This document shows, in pieces, positions 1-9,615 of a stretch of 64,000 nucleotides of DNA (its first letter is position 1; each line of letters opens with the position of its first letter). Location: assembly GCA_963795835.1 (NCBI GenBank), contig CAWCJC010000010.1:10025-74024 (forward strand). Reading direction: 5' to 3'. This stretch comes from Bryobacterales bacterium (GTDB lineage: Bacteria > Acidobacteriota > Terriglobia > Bryobacterales > Bryobacteraceae). The position numbers were made by a program, and so were the translations under genes. Below the pieces are notes generated by a model. The model made no database searches, was not told the DNA's origin, and saw only the letters and a program-made list of their open reading frames with translations.

Positions 1-2
1 TT

Positions 3-62
3 GATACCATCTACTTCGACAATTTCATCCTCGCCGACACGCTGGGCGACGTCTTGAAGTAG
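3..62 (+). CDS. 3' end of an unidentified CDS entering from upstream of the window
   Basis: Frame is open from the window edge (...DTIYFDNFILADTLGDVLK) to TAG at 60-62. Too short to name. Confidence 0.2.
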   Translation, partial: DTIYFDNFILADTLGDVLK

Positions 63-209
63 GCTTCTGAGCACTAGGCATGTCGAATCCTTAAAACCGC
101 GAATACTTTCTCCACTAGGCTTTTCGCTGTCAACTCGCGGAAGTGGCGCAGTGGACCGCTTCGCCGATCAGCTTGAAGCGGCTGAGCCACCACTATCTCC
201 ACCTGCCTA

Positions 210-3200
210 TTAGTAATAGAATTTAACCGCTAATTGTAATTCGCGGGGACCGCGCCCGCCAGCATATCCACTGATTACGCCGAAGCTGGAAGAGCCGTAT
301 GTAGCGTTCGGCGTACCGAAAGTGACCGTGTTGGTCACATTGAAAGCTTCTAACCGGAATTGCAGATGCTTGGATTCCGAAAAGCGGACGCTTTTCAGAA
401 GCGACATGTCGGCGTTCTTAATTCCAGGTGTCCTGTAATTCAAAGTGCGGGGAGCGGTTCCGAAGGTATCCGGAGCAGGACGAGAGAAAGCTGCGGTGTT
501 GAAGTAATTATTGATCCGGCTCTCGACTGAGCCTTGCGTACTGGGGTCGCCGATTAGATTGGGTCTTTGTGTTCCTTCCCAAAGGACGCCACCTTGCAGT
601 AAAGGAACAATTGGATAGCCTTTGCTAAACGTCATCAAGCCATCGACGGACCAACCGCCCAGAACTGCATTGACCGGCTTGTTCCAACTGGAGCCGAGCG
701 CCTTGCCATGACCCAAAGGCAACTCGTAGTTGAAGCTGACCACCAGTCGCTGGGGCACGTCCATCGAAGAAACAGACCGCTCGAGACGAAGGTTCTTGTA
801 GTTTTGAACGGAGGTGGTGCCGCCAAGGAAAGCAACATTGCCTGAGGAAAATGACGAATCGTCAATCAGTTTTGAAATCGTGTAGTTACTCAGTACAGAA
901 ATCCCGTGAGAGAAGCGCTTTTCAAACTTGAACTGAACACCGTGATAAATGGAATTGCCGATGTTAGGTGTATCGCCGCTGACCCCGCCCGAATATTGCG
1001 GGTACGGACGAAGCAACGTATTCAGAGTGACCGTTTGTGCACTCAGGGCGGAACGGGTGTCTGTGATGATGCCATAAAACGGATTGGGAACGAGAGCATT
1101 GAGCGCTGTTCTTCCCAAGCTCCAGTAGATTGGATCCAAACGGTTCTGGTTTTCCACGCCGCCGCCGAAGTAGAGGTGAGTTCCTTTGCTTCCCGTGTAA
1201 TTCACCTCGACTACAGAACTGCCGGGTAGCTGCCTTTGAACGGAGAAATTCCAGGACTGATACTGGGGATTGGCATCAGGCCGGCTATCAGTGCCCACGC
1301 TGAGCCCGAGGAATGTGGCCGCGCCCTGCGAATTGCCGGGCGGGATAATGAGCCCGTTCGGGTAGGGATTCGAAAGCGACGCGTATTCGGTGAGACCTCC
1401 ATCCCGAGTGAACTGGGGGCTGGAATCGGTTGAGAAACCAGCGCCTGTGTGACCTTTAATTGTGGCGCGGGACACGGTGTAGTAGATACCGTAGCCACCA
1501 CGGATGGCAGTCCTGCTATCGAGCGAATAGGCAAAGCCCAAACGGGGTTGCCAGTTGTTGTAATCACCGTCAATGGGGCTGCGTGTGTCGCTATTCGCGA
1601 ATTGGAACGCACCCTTCAAATTCGGATAACCCGGAACCTTGCCGGCGATCGGAGAAGGCGCATTGAAATCAAACCAGCTGAGCCGGTCATACCGTTCCGT
1701 ACGCGGCACATCGTAATCGTAGCGGAGCCCGAGGTTCACCGTCAGCTTGCGAGTTAGCTTCCAGTCATCCTGCACGTAGTATCCAAAATACTTAGATGCA
1801 GATGCGGATGGAGGATCCAGATGGTAATCGCCACCGCTGCCCCATCCCAATAACATGGACGCGATGGCATTGCCCTGGAGTGAGTTGCTCGCGTTGGGAT
1901 TTTCATTCGTGGTTGCGCGAGCGAAGGTGAAATTACCTTGGGGATAGCCGGGTTGCAGATAATTCAAGCGCATGAGGCGAGCCTCTGCGCCGACCTTCAG
2001 ATTGTGGCCGGAAATGATCTTGGTGACGTTGCCAATAATGCTTTGCACATCATCGCCGCGCTTGATCAGGCCATAGCCGACCATACCGACCTGCTGATAG
2101 CCCTCAGGTTGGAAGGCCGGGAACTGCAAGATGCCCGAAGTTAGATAGATGGAGGGCAGCCCGAGGGATGTGGGATTAAAGCCGGTGCTTTTCGGATCTG
2201 TCTGGGCATGCTGCCTCAAAACGCCGTAACGCAAGTTGATGATTGTGGTGGCATTTTGCACACGGGTGAAATCAAACACAAACTGTTGTGTACGGGTATG
2301 CGAATCGCCGTTCGAGTACGGATCCGCCGCGTTGCCAAAGAAATTCGCTGGAACGCTGTTGTTGTCAAAATTCAGGCTGTAGCGGGAACTGAATCTGGAT
2401 TTGTCGCTGAGGTTGTGATCCAGTTTGGCGTCCATCTGGTTGGCTTGCGCAGTGGAAACACCCTGGCCGAAGAAATTGTTCGTGTGGGTGTAGAGGCTTC
2501 CCGAAGACGTTGGTAAAGGATAGTAGGCGAGCGCATTCTTCGCGACAGGGTTCTGCAGGCTGGAAGGAACGATGTTGCCAGGAAAAACATTCCGCAACGT
2601 GCGCCCGTCCGCGGTTTTGTACGTGTCGAACGGATTGTAAATCGTGATTAAGGTTCCATTCGCGTCGCGGGTATCCGAGAAATCGCCAGAGCGCTCCTTA
2701 AGAGTGGGAACAGTGCTCAGTTGGGTAGCGGCGGTAGACTGCCGGGTGCCTTCGTAATCGTAGAAGAAGAAGGTCTTATTGCGACCGTTGTATATCTTTG
2801 GCAGTAGCACCGGGCCACCCAGTGTTCCGCCGAAGACATTTCGCTTGAAATCCGGAATGGTGCGGCCGGCCCGATTCGAAAACCAGCTGTTCGCATTCAT
2901 CACTGCGTTGCGGGCAAATTCATAGCCGACCCCATGGAACTGATTCGTACCGCTCTTGGTGATCATGTTGACCACCGCGCCGCCGGTGTTGCCAAATTCG
3001 GCACTGAAGAAATTCGTCTGTACTTTGAACTCCTGGACAACGTCCACGGAGGGCTGGTATTCGAGATTGGTGATACCGCTGTTCTGCTCAACGTTCGTCA
3101 AACTCATACCGTCAAGCAAGACATCGGATGTAGAATTGCGAACTCCGTTAGCGACGAAGTTGGTACTGGATTGTCCGCCGGCGCTGGTGTTCACCGGAGT

Positions 3201-3677
3201 TACGCCAGCAGCCAGAGACACCAAGGTCAGAGGCGTGCGATTGGCGAGAGGCATGGATTGGATGAAGCGGTTGTCCACAACGGTACCCAAATCGGCGCTT
3301 GTCGTATTGATCAGAGGAGCACTTGAGGAAATCTCGACGGTCGTGGCGACTCCACCAATCAGCATACTGACGTTGACCGTCGCTTCCTGCTGAACCTGAA
3401 GTTCGAATGCTTTCTGCGTAAACTTTTCGAAGCCTGGGGCCTCCGCGGTTAGCGTGTAGGTTCCGGGAGGCAGGGCGGTGACCAGGAACCGTCCAGAACT
3501 ATCCGATACGGCAGTATGGTCCAAATTACGGCTCACTTCCGTCAGAGTCACCTTAGCAGACGGGATTGCCGCTTGAGTGGAGTCGGTAACAACGCCTCGG
3601 ACAGTTGCTGTGAAGGACTGGGCCCAGCAGGAGATCGGGGCGCAGCAGAGCGCGCCTAGCAATAATAAGTTTTTCAT
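210..3677 (-). CDS. TonB-dependent receptor with carboxypeptidase-regulatory-like N-terminal domain (receptor 1)
   Basis: 1155-aa ORF with signal peptide MKNLLLLGALCCAPISCWAQ. CarboxypepD_reg-like segment (VRGVVTDSTQAAIPSAKVTLTEV...GTYTLTAEAPGF), plug-like region (DNRFIQSMPLANR), long beta-barrel ending in the aromatic terminus LQLAVKFYY. Confidence 0.85.
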   Translation of the reverse strand: MKNLLLLGALCCAPISCWAQSFTATVRGVVTDSTQAAIPSAKVTLTEVSRNLDHTAVSDSSGRFLVTALPPGTYTLTAEAPGFEKFTQKAFELQVQQEATVNVSMLIGGVATTVEISSSAPLINTTSADLGTVVDNRFIQSMPLANRTPLTLVSLAAGVTPVNTSAGGQSSTNFVANGVRNSTSDVLLDGMSLTNVEQNSGITNLEYQPSVDVVQEFKVQTNFFSAEFGNTGGAVVNMITKSGTNQFHGVGYEFARNAVMNANSWFSNRAGRTIPDFKRNVFGGTLGGPVLLPKIYNGRNKTFFFYDYEGTRQSTAATQLSTVPTLKERSGDFSDTRDANGTLITIYNPFDTYKTADGRTLRNVFPGNIVPSSLQNPVAKNALAYYPLPTSSGSLYTHTNNFFGQGVSTAQANQMDAKLDHNLSDKSRFSSRYSLNFDNNSVPANFFGNAADPYSNGDSHTRTQQFVFDFTRVQNATTIINLRYGVLRQHAQTDPKSTGFNPTSLGLPSIYLTSGILQFPAFQPEGYQQVGMVGYGLIKRGDDVQSIIGNVTKIISGHNLKVGAEARLMRLNYLQPGYPQGNFTFARATTNENPNASNSLQGNAIASMLLGWGSGGDYHLDPPSASASKYFGYYVQDDWKLTRKLTVNLGLRYDYDVPRTERYDRLSWFDFNAPSPIAGKVPGYPNLKGAFQFANSDTRSPIDGDYNNWQPRLGFAYSLDSRTAIRGGYGIYYTVSRATIKGHTGAGFSTDSSPQFTRDGGLTEYASLSNPYPNGLIIPPGNSQGAATFLGLSVGTDSRPDANPQYQSWNFSVQRQLPGSSVVEVNYTGSKGTHLYFGGGVENQNRLDPIYWSLGRTALNALVPNPFYGIITDTRSALSAQTVTLNTLLRPYPQYSGGVSGDTPNIGNSIYHGVQFKFEKRFSHGISVLSNYTISKLIDDSSFSSGNVAFLGGTTSVQNYKNLRLERSVSSMDVPQRLVVSFNYELPLGHGKALGSSWNKPVNAVLGGWSVDGLMTFSKGYPIVPLLQGGVLWEGTQRPNLIGDPSTQGSVESRINNYFNTAAFSRPAPDTFGTAPRTLNYRTPGIKNADMSLLKSVRFSESKHLQFRLEAFNVTNTVTFGTPNATYGSSSFGVISGYAGGRGPRELQLAVKFYY

Positions 3678-3735
3678 TTTGTTGTTTTTAGACCCGGGTC
3701 TTTCGAACTCTTTGACTACCTCAAAGAGTTTATAT

Positions 3736-3763
3736 CAAAATTTGGTAGTGGGTCAGTTTGAAA
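3736..3763 (+). repeat. Copy L of an IS1-like terminal repeat (caaaatttGGTAGTGGGTCAGTTTgaaa)
   Basis: The core recurs directly at 4059-4074 (TAGTCGGTCAGTTTGA, 15/16). It recurs inverted at 4329-4357 with 2 mismatches and one 1-nt indel over 28-29 nt. Confidence 0.7.
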
Positions 3764-4031
3764 GCTTACGCCTGATTAATCTAAACACTAGATGCGTGCT
3801 GATTCCGTATACCAACGCGTTGGTGATCATCATAATGGGCCACCAAATCTGATCATCCATATTGAGGAGCAGGGCAAAAATTGGGTATACAACAAAAACG
3901 GCGGGACAGATCAAGAGTGTAAATATCGGGGGCACCTCAGAGTAGCTCAGCAGGATCATAGCGTTGACGAGACCCAAGGCAGCACCTGCCAATGTTATGA
4001 CCCAGTGAAACTTAAGAAGTATTCCTACCAT
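3753..4031 (-). CDS. Small hypothetical membrane protein (about 3 TM helices) inside an AT-rich island
   Basis: 92-aa ORF with hydrophobic stretches (WVITLAGAALGLVNAMILL, IFTLLICPAVFVVYPIFALLL, WWPIMMITNALVYGI). Its last codons ...S-N-stop (TCA AAC TGA) are supplied by repeat copy L. No recognisable family. Confidence 0.35.
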   Translation of the reverse strand: MVGILLKFHWVITLAGAALGLVNAMILLSYSEVPPIFTLLICPAVFVVYPIFALLLNMDDQIWWPIMMITNALVYGISTHLVFRLIRRKLSN

Positions 4032-4058
4032 GACACACCAAAAGAACAGATTATCGGC

Positions 4059-4357
4059 TAGTCGGTCAGTTTGATTTCTCCAGTAGTCCGATGATCTCTT
4101 TGACGGTCCACGGCTTTACGGCAATTCCGGCTTTCATAGCGGGCGTCATCTTGAGCGTCTGATGCACGCGACCGAAGTTGTACCACATGAAGTAAAGGCC
4201 GATTGCCGCCGCGTGATTCTCGATTTTCTTTGAGAAAGCATTGGTAAGCCGGGTGAAGCGGCGCATGGACATGCGCATTGAAAGGTTCGCGCGTTCCACG
4301 TAGGACGTGCTCACATGCTTTTCATCGATTTGAAACTGACCCACTACCCAAACTTTG
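4059..4357 (-). mobile_element. Internally deleted IS1-family element (MITE-like relic) bounded by inverted copies M and R of the terminal repeat
   Basis: Inverted repeats at 4059-4074 and 4329-4357 exactly bracket a transposase C-terminal fragment. The region is visibly AT-rich compared with its flanks. Confidence 0.55.
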
Positions 4358-4374
4358 GGTAAACTAACGGGCAA
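4066..4374 (-). pseudogene. IS1-family DDE transposase, C-terminal fragment only
   Basis: ...KHVSTSYVERANLSMRMSMRRFTRLTNAFSKKIENHAAAIGLYFMWYNFGRVHQTLKMTPAMKAG... matches the conserved C-terminus of IS1-family transposases. The catalytic N-terminal two thirds are absent. The residues upstream of KHVST are encoded by the repeat itself. Confidence 0.7.
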
Positions 4375-4493
4375 AGTTGGTTCACAACTTTTGCCTAGCT
4401 ATCGCCGATTTGCCAGACGCAGAGCACGCGCGGTCAGTGGCGATTGGCAGTGGAGTCATGCGACCTTAAAACAAGATTGCCCGGAAAAAGACT

Positions 4494-5453
4494 ATGCTGA
4501 AGCTCCTCGCACGGAAGACACTGAATACATCCCCACCTGCTCTCGCCCTGTCATTTTGGGTCACCCTTGCTTTGTTACCTGCAGGAGCGCAGCCGCCGGA
4601 CCGTCCTGCGATTACAGGTATTTCCCACATGTGTGTGTATTCAAGCGATCTCGCTGCTTCGGAGCGCTTCTACGGCCACGTTCTAGGCGGAATGAAAGGT
4701 GCCGACCCGCTAAGTCCAACCGGAACCCGTTTTTACTTCAGTCCCACCCAATTTGTCGAAGTCCTACCCCTACCCGCCGATCACGGGATCAGCAGAATGG
4801 CCTGCGTCGCGTACAAGACTGAGAACGCGGTCCGGCTCCGAGAACATCTGCTCGCTCGCAAAATTGAAGGAATCAGCGAGCTTCACACGGGGTCTGACGA
4901 CACTCGCTGGTTTCAGGTAAAGGACCCGGAGGGGAATCAGGTCCGATTCATTCAGCAGGGCAAACTGGTGGTGATGTCTCCTGAGGCAAAGCCGATCGGC
5001 ACGCGGGTTATTCATGTGGGATACGTGGTCCACAGCAGGGCGGCGGAAGACAGCTTTTACAAAGAACTTCTCGGCTTCAAGCCATACTGGTTCGGTTCGA
5101 AGCAGCCCGATCATTTGGATTGGATATCGCAACAGGTTCCAGACGGTCATGATTGGCTCGAATACATGATGGTCGGCGATGGCTCGTCAGTACCTGAGGC
5201 CAAGGTTGATCAGCGCCAGAGCGGCGTGCTGAATCATTTCTCCCTTGGCGTGCGCAATATGGAAGAGGCAGTCACGACGCTTATCCGCGAAGATCGTTTG
5301 AGCCCGAGACATGACGGCCCCCAGATGGGTCTTGATGGCAAATGGCAGGCGAATCTTTACGACCCGGATGGTACTCGCGTCGAACTCATGGAATTCCAGC
5401 CCGTCACCAAACCCTGTTGCTCCCCTTTCACCGCCGCCAGCCCCTCGAATTAG
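4494..5453 (+). CDS. Secreted two-domain VOC (glyoxalase/bleomycin-resistance/extradiol dioxygenase) family protein
   Basis: Signal-like N-terminus (ALALSFWVTLALLPAGAQ). Two VOC modules start at ITGISHMCVYSSDLAASERFYGHVLG and VIHVGYVVHSRAAEDSFYKELLGF. C-terminal DPDGTRVELMEF motif. Confidence 0.7.
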   Translation: MLKLLARKTLNTSPPALALSFWVTLALLPAGAQPPDRPAITGISHMCVYSSDLAASERFYGHVLGGMKGADPLSPTGTRFYFSPTQFVEVLPLPADHGISRMACVAYKTENAVRLREHLLARKIEGISELHTGSDDTRWFQVKDPEGNQVRFIQQGKLVVMSPEAKPIGTRVIHVGYVVHSRAAEDSFYKELLGFKPYWFGSKQPDHLDWISQQVPDGHDWLEYMMVGDGSSVPEAKVDQRQSGVLNHFSLGVRNMEEAVTTLIREDRLSPRHDGPQMGLDGKWQANLYDPDGTRVELMEFQPVTKPCCSPFTAASPSN

Positions 5454-5617
5454 CGGATCGCAATTTCGGTCAGGACTCGGTAAAGCCTGAGGATGAAGCC
5501 CGACGGTCTGATTGGCCACATTCAGGCGTTGCGACGTAGAGGCGAAGACTTCCAAAGCAATCTGCAGCAGGAAACAACCAGCGAGGCGAAGGCAAAAGAC
5601 CGCGTGGAGTAGTTGCG

Positions 5618-6601
5618 CTAAGCCTCACGGCGGACTTCGGTGGCGGGCTTGTCCTCCCGGAGCGCAACAAACTTCGTGTGCCGCAGATGGTTAATGTCCG
5701 TCCACTCCACAAATTCGAACTCGGCCACGAGTTCAGGCTTCAGCCAACGGCAGTCCTTCATCTTGGCCGCGGTTAGTCCAGCACCCCATCGGCCACTTTT
5801 CGGTTCCGGCAAGTTGGCAAATGGACACTCTGCGATCTCTAACGGCCTCAGTTTCTTTAACAGATCTGTCCTCGAAGATGGCGTGAAGCCGTTCCTTGTT
5901 CGTGCCGCGTAGATGAGTCTTCCGGTATCGTCGTAATACCCGATTACCAGTGCATCGAAACTAGAAGCGCTCGGCGTGTATCCCCCGATCACAAGTTCCT
6001 GGCCTTGGTTAATCCGCATCTTACGCCAAGCGCCGGAACGGAGACCAGGCTCATAGGGGCTATCTCGCCGCTTAGCGACCAAACCCTCGAACGCTTGCGC
6101 TTTTACCGATTGGATCAGGTCACGCATGCTCCCTTTGAGCTCCGGTGAGTATCGGATCGGGTCCGCCAGCTTCGGAAGAATTCGGCTCTCCAGTAGAGCA
6201 CGTCGGGCGTCGAGTGATTTGCTCATCACGTCTTTGCCAGCAAGCATCATAACGTCAAACAAATAATAGAGCAGTGGTCCCTGGGAGGACCCATAATTCT
6301 GAAGAGCGTTGAACGACGGACGCCCACTTTCATCAAGCGCAACCAATTCACCATCAACGACCGTTTCATTCGGCAACTTGGCAAGTGCCTTCACAATGGC
6401 CGGGTAACGAGCTGTGAAATCGTTGTCATTCCTCGAACGTAACTGGACATTGCCGCCGGCCTTGATCGCGATCGCGCGATAACCGTCAAGCTTTAACTCC
6501 TTAAGCCATGCATCGTCGTCCGGTAGTTCGCTCGACCTGAGCAGGAGCATCGGTTCGACGAAAAACGCCTTGACTGCCTTTGGAAAGCAATGAGCGGACA
6601 C
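5618..6601 (-). CDS. ATP-dependent DNA ligase (LigD ligase-domain-only type)
   Basis: Adenylation motif I (ELKLDGYRAI), EGLVAKR motif, C-terminal OB-fold region (RWLKPELVAEFEFVEWT...LRHTKFVALREDK). GTG start overlaps the stop of the upstream gene by 1 nt. Confidence 0.8.
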   Translation of the reverse strand: MSAHCFPKAVKAFFVEPMLLLRSSELPDDDAWLKELKLDGYRAIAIKAGGNVQLRSRNDNDFTARYPAIVKALAKLPNETVVDGELVALDESGRPSFNALQNYGSSQGPLLYYLFDVMMLAGKDVMSKSLDARRALLESRILPKLADPIRYSPELKGSMRDLIQSVKAQAFEGLVAKRRDSPYEPGLRSGAWRKMRINQGQELVIGGYTPSASSFDALVIGYYDDTGRLIYAARTRNGFTPSSRTDLLKKLRPLEIAECPFANLPEPKSGRWGAGLTAAKMKDCRWLKPELVAEFEFVEWTDINHLRHTKFVALREDKPATEVRREA

Positions 6602-7524
6602 TATTTTGTCTTCGCATACTCCTTGTACATTTCCGCTACGTGGCCGCTGACCGCATCGCCCGGGTGGATGATTACGCGGAAGCGGAGAGTTACGCTCTTG
6701 CCTTTCGGTAGCATGTAAGGCGACTCCTTTTCGTCCGTATCGAAAGCTTTTTGTGCGCCGAATGGAGAAGCGGCCACCAAGCCATAATCGCGCGCGTGCC
6801 AGTGTGCCGGGTGACGCGGGTTATCGGGATGATCGAAGATGGCAACGCCGAGGCGTTCGCCCTCGAGGTCGGTCGTGTAATCGACCCATGGCGAGCGCTT
6901 GCCCCAAATCTGCTGCATGTTCACTAGGCCTTCGGCATTGACGCTTTTTCCGCCCTGCACCTCTTTGAACTTGTCAGCCAGGCGCATGGCGAAGAAGCTC
7001 TCATGCGTGTCCCCGAAGGTAATGTTTTCCTGCGCGGTAAGAGTGATTTCGAAGTCGAGTTGGCGAATGGAATCACCCGAGAAGGTCATGGCGCGATTTT
7101 CGACCATCATCACGTGGCCGTCCGGACCTTTCCAATCAAGGATCGCGTTGAGTGTGCCGGATTTGTTGCCGTCCTTCCATTTGCTTTCCCGCACAGAGAT
7201 GCGGCCCATGTCCTTGCGGTCGTAGGAAAGCTCGTTGGTCCAGAACATGACGTTGTTCACTTCGTCACAGGAAAACCAGAGGCCCCTATGATGCAGATGG
7301 TCCTTGCTCTCGCCGGGGACGTCCTCCATGGGGAAGCGGCGCGTGACGTATTTGCCGGAGGGTGAGAGGATCGGCGCGAGGTAGGGCTTGCCAGCATCGG
7401 TGCCGGGGTGAAATGTGGTGAAAGGCTTGCCGTCAATCGTAATAGCCCCGGTTTTCGGGTTGAAACGAACTTGAGCGTACATGCTTGCAGTTAAGGCAAG
7501 GCCGAGAACGAGTGCGGTGCGCAT
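6601..7524 (-). CDS. PmoA-family (DUF6807) secreted protein
   Basis: Signal peptide MRTALVLGLALTASMYAQ and the family-typical HHRGLWFSCDEVNNVMFW block. The ORF track starts at 7587, but the internal Met at 7524 gives a proper signal peptide. Confidence 0.6.
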   Translation of the reverse strand: MRTALVLGLALTASMYAQVRFNPKTGAITIDGKPFTTFHPGTDAGKPYLAPILSPSGKYVTRRFPMEDVPGESKDHLHHRGLWFSCDEVNNVMFWTNELSYDRKDMGRISVRESKWKDGNKSGTLNAILDWKGPDGHVMMVENRAMTFSGDSIRQLDFEITLTAQENITFGDTHESFFAMRLADKFKEVQGGKSVNAEGLVNMQQIWGKRSPWVDYTTDLEGERLGVAIFDHPDNPRHPAHWHARDYGLVAASPFGAQKAFDTDEKESPYMLPKGKSVTLRFRVIIHPGDAVSGHVAEMYKEYAKTK

Positions 7525-7585
7525 GGGCTTCAATATATCCCAGCCGGGTTTGACAACCATGAAGCCCGGCGAAATACTAGCGGGC

Positions 7586-8236
7586 ATGATGTCCGTGAAG
7601 ACTGGTCTGCTGCTCGCGTTGTCGGTTGCGTTTGCCGTTGCTGAATCGCCTCTGCCTGCCCTGCGTGTGGAACCGGCGGTGCAGTCATCGATTCTGTTTG
7701 TGAAGGATGCCGCATCGCAACCGCCACTGACGGCATTTCTGGTTGAATTAGTCGGATATCCCGGCAGCTACTATCAACTTTGGGAAGACGATGTCACCTC
7801 GGGACCAGTCGAACCGGGTACGGAAAAGCGCATTCCCATTTCGAACATGACGGTGGGGGCGGTGCCTGATTATGTGAAGCTGACGGCAGCCATCTACGCG
7901 GACGGCACGGCAGCGGGGGCACCCGAAAAAGTTACCCAACTGGTGGAACGGCGCAAGGCGACGCTGGCCGCTACGCGGGAGTTAATTGCACGGCTGGACA
8001 GGGCGCGGGCCACTGCACAGTCGGCCACGCTGGCAGCCGAGTTAAGGCAAGAGGCAACCGCGCTGCCGTCGCTGACGCGAAGCACGCAGAAATCGCAAGC
8101 CGCTATCAATCAAAGTGCGAGGAAAAAGGCCACGTCTGAAGCGGCGGTTTATCTAAGCGTTCATTCGATCGACGAAGCCCTTGCTGCGCTTCGCGCTACT
8201 GAGGCGGCGCTGGTCGCGAGCAAGCCAGCGTTGTAG
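7586..8236 (+). CDS. Hypothetical secreted protein with Ala-rich helical C-terminus
   Basis: Signal peptide MMSVKTGLLLALSVAFAVA. No recognisable domain. Alternative starts at 7559 or 7481 are possible. Confidence 0.45.
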   Translation: MMSVKTGLLLALSVAFAVAESPLPALRVEPAVQSSILFVKDAASQPPLTAFLVELVGYPGSYYQLWEDDVTSGPVEPGTEKRIPISNMTVGAVPDYVKLTAAIYADGTAAGAPEKVTQLVERRKATLAATRELIARLDRARATAQSATLAAELRQEATALPSLTRSTQKSQAAINQSARKKATSEAAVYLSVHSIDEALAALRATEAALVASKPAL

Positions 8237-8408
8237 TAAGAGAAACTTGAAATGCGGCTCTTCGAAATAAACAGGACTGTTACGATTGCGACGGTAGCTG
8301 CCTTTGGCAAAGATGAGGGCCGATCTCGCCTGATCAAGCTGGGCCTCAGATTTGGGTGAGTTTCATATGGTCGGGCCGTCTCTAAAGAACAGGTAAACAG
8401 GCCTTAAT

Positions 8409-9606
8409 TTAGCGGGCAATGCTGAGGATACTGCTCTCATTTTCCAAGGCGGGTCTCCATTTTCCAATCAAGTCTTTGTATGCATGCCCAACAGGGCGGA
8501 TGTTTCGATCAAGGTCGCATAAACCAAGAGAGTTGACTCGGCCGTTGTTTTCGCGAAGGCCCGTGTCCCAATCCACCTGATCTTGCAAGCTGTACCACGT
8601 AAAACCGACAATCGGCACTCCATCCTGCTTCAAGCGATGGACATTGGCCCACTCTTTTTTTAACCATTGCACGGCGCCTTCGGACGAAAAGTTGGTTTCC
8701 GTATGCATCACGGGCAATTTGTACCGCTCGTAATATTGTCGGGTAATGGGATAGTAGCCGAAAATTTCGCCAGACAACTCGATGGAGCCATCCGCATGTA
8801 CCAGACTTTCGTTTGTGGCGTAATAATCGTTTCCCATTATGCAGCGGTGACGAACTGACTGCTCGAGAAACCAGTGATATTCGTCCCTCGTCATGCCGTT
8901 ATCGAGGAGGTATTCGTAGATGGTCCCGTTTACGTGGTGCCCATAGCTTAGATCGAGGGAGAGGAATCGTTTTTCGTTGTAACGCCTCGCCGGATCTTCG
9001 CAGTCTGGGTTCTCCGCATGGAAATATTGGGTGGACTCGCTCTGGACGAAAATCGCTTGCGGATTTATTTCGAGGATGGCATGCATCGCCATTACATTTG
9101 CCTGACATAAATGCTTCAGCGCTTTCACGAAAGCGCGGTCCGACGCAAGACGCTCATTCCACCACCCGAACTGCGCTGAGAAAGTGGCCGCTATATAGAT
9201 CTCGTTAACCGGCGTGTAAAAACGAACCCAGGGAAAGCGACTTGCAAACGCACGGGCATAAGTCAACGAACAACTTGGGAAATTCTGGATTCTGAAAATT
9301 TCCGATCCAGTCAGGGACACCGAAATGGCACAGATCGGCTATGATTTCTGTCTTTTGAGCATGTAAAGCGTTAAAAGTTTCATCCGCGAAGGTCCAGTCA
9401 TACTTATCGGGTCCGAGATGAGTGGAAAAATAGGGCGCACCATAACGTAGAGTGTTGATCCCTAGCTCCTTGAGGATCAGGAAGTCGTCTCGCCATCGCT
9501 CGTAGTGTTTGGTCTTTTCCAGTTCGTCCTGGCGAATCGTTCTCCCGTTCCATTCAATGGTGGGGTAGCTATTCTCAATTCCCGTGGCAAACATGAAATT
9601 CGACAT
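8409..9606 (-). pseudogene. Glycoside hydrolase family 1-like protein, interrupted by one surplus base near 9261-9270
   Basis: ORFs 9205-9606 and 8409-9320 join as ...DWIGNFQNPEFPKLF|..TYARAFASRFPWVRFYTPVNEIY... GH1-like acid/base (PVNE) and nucleophile (HTETN) motifs are present. Span minus 1 nt equals 399 codons. Confidence 0.7.
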
Positions 9607-9615
9607 GGTAGTGGC

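Noticed and set aside
4355-4822. 155-aa plus-strand ORF overlapping the start of the VOC gene
   Set aside because: It is Arg/Cys/Pro-rich nonsense in an alternative frame of the VOC gene and its leader, with no motifs.
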